Positions 29,205 through 44,138 of a stretch of 64,000 bases of DNA are shown here, piece after piece; position 1 is the first letter of the stretch; every line of letters starts with the position of its first letter. The stretch is from the human T2T-CHM13v2.0 reference genome, Homo sapiens. The stretch lies in assembly GCF_009914755.1 (NCBI RefSeq), contig NC_060938.1, one strand, 5' to 3'. The position numbers and the translations under genes were made by a program. Below the pieces are notes generated by a model. It had not been told where the DNA came from. It made no database searches and saw nothing but the letters and a program-made list of their open reading frames with translations.

Positions 29205-30754
29205 TGAGGTAAATTCCTTCTATACCTAGTTTGTTGAGAGTTTTATCTTGGAAGGTCAGATGCTTTCTCTGCATCTATTGAGATGATTGTGTGATTTTTG
29301 TCCTTCATTCTGTTAATGTATATTATATCAATTGATTTGCATATGTCAAACTATCATCAGATCCCAGAAATAAATCCCACTTGGTCATGGTGTATGGTAC
29401 TTTTAATGTGCTATGGAATTCTGTTTTCTAGATAGGAGAGACTTTTTACATCTATGTTCATCAGGGATATTGGCCTATAGTTTTCTTTTCTTGTAGTGTC
29501 TTTGTTTTGACTTTGGTGTCAAGGTAATACTGGCCTTATAAAATGAGTTTGGAAGTGCTTTCTCTCCTTCAGTTATTTTTTTAAGACTTTGGGAAGGATT
29601 GGTGTTTTAAAAAAATATTTGGTAGAATTTGCCAGTGAATCCATAATGGAAATATTGTATATAGGTAATTTAGTAAGTCAAGAATTGTCCCTCAAAAGGT
29701 ACTAGAAAACTCAGTTCTTACTTTTAAGACTCTTCTAATTATCCTGGTGGAATGGCTTCTGGAATATCACCATAATACTGAAATTTACTCCATAATACTA
29801 CTGAATGGAAGGGATCCAGTGCTGGAAACTTTACATTTGACCAGGTGCAGCCCTCAATACTAGGACAGTTTGGCTAGGGGGCTACCCCCACAGGTAGCAG
29901 GGAAGAAGGCTGCATTGGTTTGACTGGGATGGAAGAAGAATAAGCTAAGTAGTCTGTCAGAGTTTGCCAGGTTAAAGAGGAAAGATGATAGCACAGGCTG
30001 GAGGGAGGTCAAAGTCACATTCTGGGGAAACTAGATGTATGTTGACCAGTAGGGGCAAGCCTAGTATGGAATGGTGGGTGACAGTGAACATTGAGGGCCA
30101 ATGAGATTTAGAGAATGAATTGAGGAGTGAGGCTTAGGGGAAAGAAGGCCGGGCACATTAGAAGGCTCAGAGGTCTAAGAAGCATGAGGAAGATTGTCCT
30201 CCAGAGAGCTGTCCCCTTGAAGGAGGTGCGTCGGCATGATCTTGTCATGAATTTCTCACCCTGTCAGAAACATCTTATGTAGATTTTTTAAAGGGCAACA
30301 GTTTTCCTGCTCACTCTGAGTACCTGAACCTTGATTCTAAGACTTAGGTAAGGTTCACTTGGCCTGGATGTTTATAAATGCCAGTACCAAGGGGAGTCCT
30401 TGAAATGGCATAGAAGATGGCAAAGGGCTCTGCAGAGCCACGAAACCCAAATTTAGAAATGAGAATTACTAACAATGCATATACAACATGTCTACAATAA
30501 ACTAGAAAGGATGATATAGTTTCTGATAACAGTCTTTGAACTTTCCCTACCTATGAAATGGTATTAACCCTTAATCAGCAGCTCAGGAAATAGTCCACGG
30601 TAGATCCTCATCTTTGTATTTCCTTTACTGTCTGGTTACTTACTGAAAAGTGGTAGCTGAGGCCGTATCTCCTAACCTGCATGCTCTCCCTCTCTATTTT
30701 CTTTGTCTCCCATGTTCTCCCTACAAAGTTAGCATTCATTCATTCATTCTTATT

Positions 30755-30800
30755 TTCTTTCTTTCTCTCTCTCTCTCTCTCACTCTCTCTCCCCCTCCCC
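30755..30800. repeat. (CT)n / pyrimidine tract
   Basis: ttctttctttctctctctctctctcactctctct. Confidence 0.8.
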
Positions 30801-32499
30801 GTTTTCCTGTGGTATTGAAAGCTTATTGTCAGGATGAGCCCCTTATTGCTTGGAACCCAATCTGTGTCCATGAATTGCCCATTTCACAGAATCACGAAAG
30901 CCACGCTGCTTCCTGAGCAACACAGCTAAGTGGCATTCCCCACCCCTGCTCTTAGCAAAAGTTCCTCAGGACATTATTGTTGAATTACTCAATGCCTATT
31001 ATCATAGAACCTCATGTTCACGCTGGGAGGTAGTTACTACTACCTTTTTCAAATGCTGAAACACAGGTTACCTGCCCGATACCTCTCTGCTATCAAATGT
31101 CAAAGGTGAAATTCAGCCCAGGTCTTCTGACTCTACATCCAGCATTCTTTATAGAGCTAAATCTCTCTTCCCACAGAAGATAGAAGCCCACAGTTCTCAC
31201 ATACTTACAAAACTTAAATAGAGTACATTATCTCATGTGGACAGGTGGTTATGACTTTATAAACTAAGAAAATCTAGGCAGATGTTTAGTCAATGTCAAG
31301 AAGTGTAAACATGACCCTAATTAATGGATTTGCTGAAAGTTATTGGTCTCTCCTTGTCAGAACTGTTGTTTTCCCTGTCACTTCTCAGATTGGATTAGAA
31401 AAAATTAAGCATGAAGAAAATTGGCATTTAAAATGTGTTTATTCTTCACTATCAAGACAGATAGAACTTTCCATTCAAAAGAGAATGAAAAGTTCATTTT
31501 GGCATGGTGAATCATAAATAAGAAAAACAGAATAGAGAAATCCTAGGACGATCAATCTCTCATAAAATAAAGAAATCGAGATTTTATCGCAAAGAATTCT
31601 GCAGCACATAAAGGCCCTTAGGACTGGACTGATCTCCGAGTTCAAGCGTTACACCCAGTATGCTGCATAAACCCTATTCAGTGTTTGGGCTCATTCTCAA
31701 GAGGTTGACATCCTTCCCATTTTCATATCACCTCCCTGGTCCACCTTTGCTAGGTCACAGGTTTTTCAGGCACTTTGCATTCTGCCCTCCCTCCTCTCAA
31801 AAGACTTCCCGGCATGTTTTCGATAGCTTCACACCTAGCAGATGGCAGTTTTTCTTCTGACCTTCTGCCAGCCCTCTTCCTTCCTCAGCTTCCTTCCTCT
31901 CCACAGCTTCCATTTAAGGTATTTTGGAAGTCCCTCGAAATGGGTCCTTGGTGAGTAAACCCCTTTATTGAGTCTCGGACTTTAAGAAGTTCTTGGCTTC
32001 ATGGGACCCCCTTCTTCTAGTTGACACTTTTGGGGATTGATTTCAAGAATCATCTGTTGCTGATAAGTCAGTGTGGCTTCTATTGCTGCAGAAGCAAGGA
32101 AGAAACTGGGCATATAGTGGAAGAAAATGCGCTTAATTAGAAACTGGTCCTCATTAGGGATTCTTAAAGGAAGTGCTCAATTTGCACCTATGTTAGCAGA
32201 GCCTCACACGGATTAATTAAAAGCTGCTACTCTCACCAGCAACACCCTTCATGGCTGGGTTGAATTGTTTGTAGCTGTCAACTCTGTGCCAAGGGGAACA
32301 AGGTTTGAATCTGAGTTCTTTGAAATGCAGGTTCTTTCACTCACTATGCAGAATCTAGGGATCCAGACTCTCAAGAGGCAAAGCTCTGGAAGAACAGGTG
32401 GAGTGAGTATCCCTCTGGCTTCTGCTCCCGCCAGATGATCACCATGCCTCTCAACTCTACACTCTTTTCCCTGCCTGTGCTCCAGCTCACACTCTCCAC

Positions 32500-33043
32500 A
32501 TCCCTGGGGCCAGGCTATACCTAGATCCTTCTGCTTGATCTCTCAGGCTCCGATGTTTCAACTCGTCATTCCCTAGGCTATTAACTTCAAGCCCTTAGAT
32601 GGCATTCAAGCTCCTTGGTGACCTCTCTGCGTCCGTCTCCATCCCCATCTGCTTCCGTGAGCTTCATAGGCAAGCCACTCTCCATAGTTATATGTCCCTC
32701 AAATACCCAGCATCCCCATGCCATCATTTCAACCAGACTGTCCTTTTTCTTTTCCCACCTAAGGAAATTCTATTAGTTCTTCATGGCTGGGTTCAAATCC
32801 ACCTCCTTCACTCTCCAGGAAGACTACATTATTCTTTTCCTAACACTCCTGAAGTGCTTGTCCTCTACAGCATTGCTGCACATATTTTGTTCTGTTCTTT
32901 ATTACACTAGTCCATATGGCTTTACTCCCTGCTGAATTTAAACTCTTCAAGGGCTTGATCTCTGTCTTATTCATCTCTGTAACCTCACAGTACCTAATCA
33001 AGTTCTTTGAACAAAGCCAGTGTTGAAAAGTGTTTGTTGAATT
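32500..33043 (+). mobile_element. Degenerate L2 3' region
   Basis: 'atggcattcaagctcctt', 'ggttcaaatccacctcctt', 'tgtcttattcatctctgta...tgtttgttgaatt'. Confidence 0.65.
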
Positions 33044-34884
33044 GAGAACAGCAAGCCAGACTTTCTGATGGGCTAGAAAGATATACCTAGAAAGATAGAG
33101 CAGAGTAGCATTTCTAAAGATGGAAAGGACAAGCCTGGCTAAAATCATGCTCAAAGAAAGGTTTTCTTTTAGGGTCCTCATCACATCACAATAGCAAATT
33201 TTTAAAAAAAGAAAGGGCCGAGCACGTCAGTATAGTTACCGAGCGTACTTGTGTACTGGGCAAAGTACTGAGCGCAATAGAAAGTTACTAAAAGAAAGAA
33301 CAGATGCTTTTTCTCCTTTAGAGCTGGTCCCTTTTCACAATAAGGCCTCAAAGTGCATCCCATTATTAACCCTGAAATAGTGGGACACAAACGTCCAGAT
33401 AGATATGTGCATGCCAATACGTGTTTAAAAATCTGGCGTCACATAGCACACTCCAGAGGAAGCCAAGCCTAAGAGACATGAACACAGTAACTCACCGGTA
33501 GGGAGCCGTGTGATCCAGACTGTCCTAAGCAGAAGAGGCCCCGGGTGGAGAATTCTCACACTGACAGCCGCAGAGCCTGCCTTCCCCAGTGTACTGGTTT
33601 TCCCAGGGCATCAAACATTTTATTTAATAAGCTACATGTTTGAGTCACAAGCGTAGACTTGACACCCCTGTATGGTCAACTCCAGCTGTCGTTTGTTCTC
33701 CTCCCCTCTCTTCTGGCACAGTGGCTGGAACCTGTATCTGGTGTATCACAACGCTCCATTTCGCTGATCACACACAGCCAGAAGTGACAGTCGCTTCTCT
33801 CACTGCCAAGGACAGAGGAGACTCTGGCTGGACAGGAGAAATTCAGGTCGAACCAAGGCAAGTGAACGATGGAATTAAAAACGGCTGAGAAATCCCATAG
33901 ACTGAGAATTACTCATATCTGCAGACTAGAGGGAAATGAGTTGGTCCTGATGACAAAACAACCCTTTCTTTTCTCTAGTCTGTTAAACTTCTATTTTCCC
34001 GTCAGACTGTTTTAACAATGCCCTCTACTGGGTATTTTCAAAACTGCAGGGTTCTGCAGGCCTGACCTGCTCTTGTTCTCCTTGAGTAATTCTTTCTGCA
34101 AGATGAACTGAACCCAAAGTTTTCTTCACATAAGCAAGGTGTTACTGATGTATAGTTTCTTAAGAGCATAAAAAGTGGACCAGTGCATCCCCTGGAAGGA
34201 GGGCCTCTTGCCCTCTTGAGAGATTTCTTTGTAAAGGTACATGAGGAATTGAAATCTCACCACCTCCTGAACTGGCCCAGAGCTGTCCTGGCATGGATGA
34301 CACAGGGACCTTGACATGGGCTGATGGATTAAGAACAATGTTACATTTTCTGAACGCATCACTTTTCCAACAGCTCTTGATCTCACATGTGAGGCTCTTT
34401 CTCATCCCTGAAGGCTACTGACTTTTCCCTGGATATATTTGTATTGTGATTATTCTGCATATCTAAGAATTTCATCCCTTTCTAACCGCTCCTCTGCCAA
34501 AACAGAAACCAAAAAAAGCCAAAACATCACTCTGTGCTAGTTAGTTTCTTTGACCCCTCTTAAAGAAACTCTAAACAAAAAATCTGCGTCCAGTTATATC
34601 CAAGGGGGTGTTCTTACTGGGTATTCCCGTCAGAACCTCCCATCTGTCTATTTTGGTTCATTCTTTGCCATTATCATGTAACAAGTTCAAGATAATTGTG
34701 TTTCATCTCCAGTTATTATTCATAGTCCCTCTGCATGTTGAAGATTGCTGAGACAGCACAGAAAAATAGTAAAGCAACAGATGAGGTCTGTTTGCAAAAA
34801 ATGTAGAACAATTCGAGGTGCAGGATGTTCTTCAAATTGTGATGGGGTGAGGTTTTGAAAAGTTCTTCGGATGGGCTAGTGTTT

Positions 34885-34975
34885 GTTTTCTCTCTCCCTC
34901 TCCCTCTCTTCCCCCCTCCCCTTTCCGCTTTCCCACTTCCTCTCTCCTCCTTCCTTCCTCCCCATCCATTTCTCT
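34885..34975. repeat. CT-rich low-complexity tract
   Basis: About 90 bp of almost pure pyrimidine. Confidence 0.8.
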
Positions 34976-34991
34976 TAAATAGAAACAAAAT

Positions 34992-35047
34992 TCCATATAT
35001 TCTTAGAATCCATAGGATCCATATATTCTTAGAATCCATAGGATCCA
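34992..35047. repeat. Perfect 26-bp tandem duplication
   Basis: (tccatatattcttagaatccatagga)x2 followed by tcca. Confidence 0.95.
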
Positions 35048-35189
35048 GCATTGCATTTTATTTAAAAGCAAATGCCGACCAAGTAGTCAGTAGCACCCTT
35101 TCAGCTCCAATAGTTGGTGCTATATTCTGTACTCAGCAGTAGACTCATTTCATTATTTTGGAGTATGGACCTGAAGAAAATGAATATCA

Positions 35190-35397
35190 GACATGGGCTA
35201 AGCCAAGGCCAGTTAATAAATATTTTAGGCTTTGCAAACCGTATAGTCTCTGTAGCAACTATTCAACTCTGCTCTTATAGCACCAAAGTAGCCACAAATA
35301 ATAGTAAACAAATGGGCATGGCTCTGTTCTAGTAAACTTACTTGTGGAAACGGGACAGGCTGAATTTGGCCCACAGACCCTCGTTTGCCAATCCCTG
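35190..35397. mobile_element. MER58A hAT MITE
   Basis: 'taaatattttaggctttgc...gtctctgtagcaactattcaactctgc...gtttgccaatccctg'. Confidence 0.85.
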
Positions 35398-35933
35398 GGC
35401 TAAGCTATTGCAGGGGTACTGCTGATGGATATGCGGGCTGTGTCCTGTGTGACAGTGCCTAGCCAAGGGGGCAAGTGGGACCTGAAATACAACCCATGCT
35501 CTGCTTCTCCACGCCTTCCACCACAAGAGGTCCTTTTTGTAATTCAGACAGAGGTACCATTTGTTCACAGGCTGTCTCCAACCAGAATAAGCACATTTCC
35601 TAATGGATTAGGGTACTTAACATGGTTTGCATAAGTGGGAGGAAGAGGGACCTGATTTTCCTGTATTAGGATAAGGGTTACCTTTGATCCCAATGGCTGT
35701 TATTGAAATGACTAAAGCCACATGGTTCAAACATGGCTGCCTTAGCCCACATCTACAGACTGGGAGTAGGTGGTGGGAGCAATTCCAACAGAGATGTAGA
35801 CTGGGAAAGTGCCCCAGGTAAGAGGAACCCCAAAGAAGGTGAGTTTATTGGTTAGGGGGCTTGTTGGATATTATTACCAAAGCCATAGTCCCTTTATGAA
35901 GTTTGTTCTGTCCAAAAATGTGATTTAGGCCAC

Positions 35934-36349
35934 TGTATGAGTCCATTCTCACATTGCTGTAAAGAAATACCTAATGCTGGGTAATTTATAAAGAAACGAG
36001 GTTTAATTGGGCTCATGTTGCTGGAGGCTGTGCAGGAAGCATGGTGGCATCTACTTGGCTTCTGGGGAGGCCTTGGGAAAACTTAGAATGGTGGCTGAAG
36101 GTGAAAGGAGGAGCAGCACTTCACATGGCCAGGGCAGGAGGGAGGGAGAGAGGGGAGCTATCACACACTGTTAAAGAACCAGATCTCGTGAGAACTCTAT
36201 CATGAGAACAGCACCAAACGGGTGGTGCTAAACCGTTCACGAAGGATCCACCACTATGATCCAATCACCTCTTACCAGGCCCTATCTCCAACATGGGGGA
36301 TTACAACTAAAATGAGATTTGGGTGGGGACACATATCCAAACCATAGCA
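35934..36349 (-). mobile_element. MSTA/MSTB solo LTR
   Basis: MST-type antisense LTR with a perfect TSD GCCAC. Confidence 0.92.
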
Positions 36350-36444
36350 GCCACCACTCTCCATCTTAGAATGGTAGAATAATAAAATTAGGAGGAAACT
36401 TGGTATGCTTTTGCATGCATTTTAACATCAGAACCCTTTGTTCA

Positions 36445-36997
<553 letters not shown>

Positions 36998-38854
36998 TTA
37001 GGTGACAACATTTTTTACCAGGTTTTGTTGGTATAAAACACCCTTTCCTTTTCAGTTCCCCTACCTGAAAGTCTTTGGTTGCTTATATATATTTAGGATG
37101 TTTTTATATAGGGTAATATAGAATTGTAAGGCTTAATATAATATTAATATTTGACATTCTATTGGATTTAAGCAGCCAGTGGGAAGAGAGTAAATAAAAA
37201 TAACTACACAAAGGAAACTGCTATTAGCGTTTGTTACCATGTGAATGAAATAGCACATCAGCTGTGCATTTAAAGATCTGGATAGAAGTTTGTTTCAGTT
37301 ATTTGTTTGTTTTGAGGTACATTTACATACAGTGAAATACATAGCTTTTAAGTACACAGTTTGATCTGTGTTGACTATACTTACGTAACCCACAGCTCTA
37401 CCAAAATCAACAACATTTCCATCATGCGGGAAAGTTCTCTTATTCCCCTTCCCAATAAATCTTTCCCACCCAGAAGCAATCACAGATGTGATGTCTATCA
37501 CCACACTTGGTTCTATTCTAGGACTTTGTATAAATGGAATCATACCATATGTACTCTTTTGTGTCTACTTTGTTTCACTTAGCATAATATTTTTGAGATT
37601 TATCCATGTTGCAGCATATGGCCATACCTTTTTCCTTTTTATGCCTGAGTAGTGTTCCATTGTGTGAATGAATATGCCAGTTTATCCATTCTCCTGTTTA
37701 TGGACACTTGGAATGTCTAAAAGCTGCCATGAAAAGCCTTGTTCAAGGCTTTTTGTGGACATATATTCTCATTTCTCTAGGATAAATGCCTAGGAGTAGA
37801 ATTGCTGAGTGATAAGAGTGATGCATATCTTTTAAGAAAAAAACTATCAGAGTTTTCACAATTATCCATTTTACACATCCATGCAATATATGAGCATTCT
37901 GATTGTTCCACATCCTTGCCAACACTTAATATTATCAGCCTTTAAAATTTCAGCTATTCTATTTGGTGTGTTTCTCATGTAGTTTTAATTTGCATTTCTC
38001 TGTAATAATGTTGATTGCCTTTTCTAAGTGCTTATTGGCTATTCACCTATCTTTTGTCAAATGTCTATTCAGATGTTTGCCCTTTAAAAAATTGTGTTGT
38101 CTTTTTATTGTTAAATTGTAGGAGTTCTTTGTAAGATACAGGTCTGGGAAATATTTTCTCCCAATCTGTAGTTTGCTTATTTTATTGAGATTGTCTTTTG
38201 ATAATGAGTTTTAAATTTTGCAGTTAAATTTATGGATATTTTTCTCTTATGGTTATTGCGTTCTGTGTTTGAAGGAATCTTGCCTTCCTCAAAGTCACAA
38301 AGATTTATCTTATATTTTCTTCTAGAATATTTATACTTTTAAGTTATACATTTATGTCTATGATTCATCTTGAGTTAATTTTTATATACAATATGTGGTA
38401 AGATTCAAAGTTCTTTTCTTTTTCCACATGGCTATCTAGTCATTCCAGCTCAATTTCTTGAAAAGATGTTTCTTTTTCAATTGAATTGCTTTGATATCTT
38501 TGTTGAAATTGATTTGGCCATATATATGTAGGGCTACTTTTGGGCTTTCAGTTTTATTTCATTGTTCTGTTTCTATTTTATTTCACTAAAACCACACTCT
38601 TGATTTGTATGTTTATAGTTAATCATGAAATTAGATAGAGTAAGTCCTTCAACTTTGTTCTTCTATTTCAAGAATGTTTGGGCTATTCTAGGTCCTTTGC
38701 ATTTCTGTATAAATTTTAGAATCAGCTTATCGATTTCTACAAAACGTCTTCAGAAATTTTAATTGAGATCTATTAAGTCATTAGATAAACTTGAAAAGAA
38801 CCAATATCTTAAGAATATTGAGTTTTCTAATCCTTAAACATGGTATATATTATT

Positions 38855-39189
38855 ATTATTATTATTATTATTTTATACTTTAAGTTTTAGGGTACATGTG
38901 CACATTGTGCAGGTTAGTTACATATGTATACATGTGCCATGCTGGTGCGCTGCACCCACTAACTCGTCATCTAGCCTTAGGTATATCTCCCAATGCTATC
39001 CCTCCCCCCTCCCCCCACCCCACCACAGTCCCCAGAGTGTGGTATTCCCCTTCATGTGTCCAGGTGATCTCATTGTTCAATTCCCACCTATGAGTGAGAA
39101 TATACGGTGTTTGGTTTTTTGTTCTTGCGATAGTTTACTGAGAATGATGATTTCCAGGGACATGGATGAAATTGGAAATCATCATTCTC
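38855..39189 (-). mobile_element. 5'-truncated, 5'-inverted L1PA2-type insertion
   Basis: Young L1 3'UTR ('cacattgtgcaggttagttac'; GAG rather than Ta ACA at the diagnostic site); (TAT)n tail; inverted piece 39157-39189; TSD ggtatatattatt. Confidence 0.92.
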
Positions 39190-39802
39190 GGTATATATTA
39201 TTTATTTAGATCTTCTTTAATTTCTCTCAACAGTATTTTGAGGTTTTCAGTATATATCTCACATACCTTTCATTAAAATTATTCCTAAGTACTTTCTGTT
39301 TTGGGAAGCTATTTTAAATAGTATTTTAACATGTTACATTGATGAATTCTTTATGTAGAAGGTTTTTTTTTGAAGATTATAGAATTTTATGTATCTACCA
39401 GGTTTGCTAATTTGTTTTAGTTTATTTATATCTTTGATTAATTATAGCCTTGTAAAATATTACTTAATATTACATACTGGTCATTTCCTGTTCTGTCTTG
39501 CAGATGATTTTATAGCTGACATCGGTCAAGAACTACATTATGGTGGGATAAAATTTTAATTTACTAGAGTATTATAGTGAGGGAAGTTTTTTCTTTCTTA
39601 TGGAGAGTTTTTATTATGAATGCTTTTTAAAATGCTTTTTCTGCATCTATTTAGATGGCCATTTGGTTTTTCTCCTTTTAATCTATTAATATGTTGAATT
39701 ATATTGACTAATTTTAGGATGTTAAACAGCCTTTCATTCCAGGGTTAAACTTCACTTGGCCGTGATATATTATTATTATTATGTATGTGTGGATACATTT
39801 GA

Positions 39803-40180
<378 letters not shown>

Positions 40181-40544
40181 CTAATGTTTTTATAACTTGC
40201 TTGTTTCAGTGTCTGGGCAACACTGGCCTTTTAAATAATTGGAAATGTTCTCTCCTCTGTTTCTCAGAGAATTTGTGGAGGATTTTACTATTTTCTTTCT
40301 CAAACATTTAGTAGAATTTGCCAGGGAACCTCTCCAGGTTGGGAGAGTTCTTTGTGGGAAGTTTGTATTTATGAGTGAAATTTCTTTAATTGACACAGGG
40401 CTATTCAATTTTTCTATTTCTTCTTGGGTAATTTTGTTCTTTTCAGTCTTTGAAGGAATTTGTTCATTTCCTGTAAGTTGTTAAATTTATTGGCATAAAT
40501 TTGTTCATACAATTTCCATATTACCTTTTATTGTGTCTTTGTAG

Positions 40545-41240
40545 GTTTTTATGGTAGCATCTTTATAGAGATATAACTCACATATAACACAGTTTACCAT
40601 TTGATGTATACAATCCAGTGTTTTTAAAGAGATTTAGCTATACAGCTAATTTTAGAACATTTTTATCACCCTAACAAGAAATCGTGGTGCCATACCAGTC
40701 CTTCCCACCCTATTTACCCAGCCTTAGGCTACCACTCCTCTCTTTTCAGTCTTTGTAGATTTGCCTATTCCAGACTTTTTATATAAATGAGATAATATAA
40801 TAAGTGGTCTTTTGAGACTGGCTTCTGTCACTTAGAATAATGTTTTTAAGGTTTACTATGCTGCTGTTAACATTCATGTACAAATGTTTGTGTGAACACA
40901 CATTTTTATTTCTCTTGGGAATATACCTAGGGGAAGAATTTCTGGATCATAACGTAACTCTATATTTAAGCTTCTGAGGAACTGATGGACTGTTTTCCAA
41001 AATAACTGCACCATTTTAGACTTTCACCAGCAGTGCAGGAGGATTTCAATTTCTCTGCATCCTTGCTAACACTTGGTGTCATCTATCTTTTTTATTACAG
41101 CCATCCTAGTGGGTGTGAAGTAGAAACTCATTTTGCTTTGGATTTGCATTTCCCTGATGGCTAATGATGTTGAGCATCTTCCCATGTGCTTGATGGCCAT
41201 GTGTATGTATCTTTCTTGGGGAAATATCCATTCAGCCTTG
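40545..41240 (-). mobile_element. L1MB-type 3' fragment nested in the older L1
   Basis: A new L1 3' end ('ctttatagagatataactcacatata') interrupts ORF2-like text that resumes near 41240. Confidence 0.7.
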
Positions 41241-42983
41241 TTATCCTTTAATGACTGTAGAATCTATAGCAATATCCCTTCTCACTTTCCTTATATCAGT
41301 AATCTTCATTTCTCTCGTTTTTTTCTTAATGAGTCTAAATAGGAGTTTATAAATTTTATTAGCTCTTTAAAGTGCCGACTTTTGGTTTTATCATTTTTCT
41401 CTTTTGTTTGTTAATTTTATATTTCATTTCTCCTTTTTACTACTTCATTCTTTTACTTACCCTGAGTTTAATTTGCTCCTCAGATTATTTAGATCAAGGA
41501 TCTAAATTTCTACCTTAAGAAACTAGCTTTTTCTAGCATATGATCTATCCTAGTCAACATACCATGTGAACTTGAAAAGATCGATGTATTGATAGTAGCT
41601 TTTACTTTTTCTCTATCTTTTTTTTTTCTGATACTATTGATTGCTTAGAAGAACTGCTTTAACATAGATTTCCAAACTCTATACCCATAAAACTGGAATA
41701 GGTTACACTATACCCAATTTATAGATAAAAAAATGAAACTTGAGGCTCAGAAAGGTGAAATAGATTGCTGGTCTGAAACTTACCTAGAGATGAAAGTTAG
41801 GTAGACTCCACTGCTTAGGTTGGAAGAATATGCAGACAGGAAACCAGTGGGAAGGGGACAGTACAATGTACCTGCAGACCTGATTATTCCAGTATAGCAA
41901 AAGCATTCTGTCTCAGCCTGTCACACTTTGATAAGATATATTTGGGGGAATATCATGAGTTTTTGGCTTATTTGTTAAACACCTGGATTTTTATGGTCTA
42001 ACTTTAGTTGTTGACTAAGCAAAGTATTTGTTGACTAATGTGACTGAGTTGTGAAACGTCTCGAAATGGCATTTCAATTGTCAGTGAAGGGGGTGGCATA
42101 GACATATGATTCCTTCATATCCACTCAACTGAGTCTGGCGTCTCCTTGAATGCAGGCATGCGGAATGTCCATGTGCCTGGCATCTTGGCGGTGGTCAGTA
42201 AATGTTTGTCAAAAGGAGCTGAAGTGTATACCGTTTCTTTGACTTCTTCTGTGAGTCAAGCACCAGGTTCATCTGAGTGAAAAAATGCAATGTGGATGAG
42301 ACTGTGATGTGTCCTGTACACTGAAAGAGATCTTGATCGTTACTAAATGGGTATTAAATGAGGCAGTGTGGCCATGACAGAAATATGCAAGAATAAAAGA
42401 AGTGTTGTAGTTCGCAGAACTTTAGAGGGGGAAAATATGATTTATTTATTACTTGTGGAATCTCTTGATTTGATACACTGGTGGAACATAGCATTATAGT
42501 CAAAGCAGCAGTGATAGCTTGGCTTGTGTGAAAACAAGGTAGGATTTGTAATACCATCTGATATTCTTCTCCGAGTTTCAGATTCAGAAAGAACAGTATC
42601 AACATGTACCGAGCAGGGGAAACAATATAGGAAAGATATAAAAGAAAATATGCAATCCTTGACCAATGTAAATAAATGGGAACTTTTGATTTATTTGTCA
42701 TGTACTCAGATTGATGGGTTTCGTAGTGAAGTAAATGTGTGTGCATCCCTGGTTCAGGAGAGAGTGTTTTGTGTATCATTCTAGACTACTCCAGACTGAC
42801 ATTTCAAAGCAACGTATCATCAGTGAAGTATGTATTTATCGTTAGCTCTTGAAGGATTTTTTTTTTTAGTTGATAGAGTCATGTCTTAGTTTCTCAATGT
42901 GGAGAAGCTAAAACTGTGATCCTGTTTCTCATTTTCTCTCTCACCACATAGGAAACTATCCTGGTCAGAAGCTACCCCTTGGT

Positions 42984-43402
42984 TGTATCAGTTTGCTAGG
43001 GCTGTCACAACGAAGTACCACAAACTGAGTCACCTAAACAGAAATTTGCAATCTCAGTTCTGGAGGCCAAAAGTTCAAGACTGGGATATTGGCAGTGTTG
43101 GCTCCTACCAAGAGCTGCCAAGAAGAATCTGTGCCACACCTCTTCCTTAGCATATGTTGTTGGCTGACAAGCTTTGGCATTCCTTGGCTTGTAGAAGCAT
43201 CTCTCCCACCTCTGCCCTCATCTTCACGTGGTGTTCTACCTGTTGTATGTCTCCAAGTCCACTCACACTGGATTAGGGACCCACACTACTCCAGGACAAC
43301 CTTAATTAATTACATTTGCAGAAGCCCTACTTCAAATAAGGTCACATTTTGAAGCACTGGGGGTGGGGACTTCAATATATGAATTTTGGGGGACATGATA
43401 AC
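42984..43402 (-). mobile_element. MLT1B/C solo LTR
   Basis: 'tgtatcagtttgctagggctg...aagtaccacaaactg...aaataaggtcacatt'. Confidence 0.85.
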
Positions 43403-43459
43403 ATGCTGCTTATAGGTGGAAAATAATTTCTACATATTTATTAATAAGGAACCTCTAAG

Positions 43460-43795
43460 ATGAACAGATTTGGAAATCTAGTTTATCTTCAGTTTGTTCT
43501 AAGCATCTGTGTGACCTGGAATAAATTACTTCATTATCCCAACCTCAGCTTCTTCATCTGCAAGGTGGAAGAGGTGATACTTGCTCTCCTATGTTATAGA
43601 GTCGTAGTCAATTATAACAATAGCTGCTGCCATTTATTGAGTGGTAATAAGAGCCGGCACTATCACAAGAGTGGACACCTTTTACAGGCTAGGAAACAGT
43701 GGCACAAAGAAGTAAAGTAATTTGCCCATAGCCAATTAAGTGGCGGAGCCAAGATTCGAACCCAAGAAGAATGGCTACAGTGCCAACTCTTTCAA
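43460..43795. mobile_element. Two adjacent, oppositely oriented MIR fragments
   Basis: 'cctcagcttcttcatctgcaaggtgg' followed by 'ggaaacagtggcacaaagaagtaaagtaatttgccca...gattcgaaccca'. Confidence 0.65.
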
Positions 43796-44098
43796 CCAGG
43801 GAACCAGGAGAGCATCACTATATAAATTCTGTGTAAAGTGCAAGACACAATGCAAAAGTTCGTTGTCACTAAAAGGAGAACTCAGGGCAAAGTCTTGTCC
43901 TTCCCACTTCTAATTCTTTTTTTCCTACTCCAGTGTTTATCAAACTTTTCCCCCTTTTAGAATACTTATTGGAAACCCATACAAAACTCATATCTCCTCT
44001 GATGTTTTTGAAATTTCAGAACCTGCATCATTATTGAAGTAAATCCAAGCAATCAGAATTTGAAAATCTAGCTTTCCAAACGGCCTCAGAGGCCCCCA

Positions 44099-44102
44099 AC
44101 AC

Positions 44103-44138
<36 letters not shown>

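Noticed and set aside
34992-35047. CRISPR-like array
   Set aside because: Only two adjacent copies with no spacers, in eukaryotic DNA; the same applies to the 30-bp repeat at 62311-62370.
42354-42784. 141-aa minus-strand ORF and mild CpG excess
   Set aside because: Composition looks non-coding, and there is no recognisable domain or ATG-led structure.
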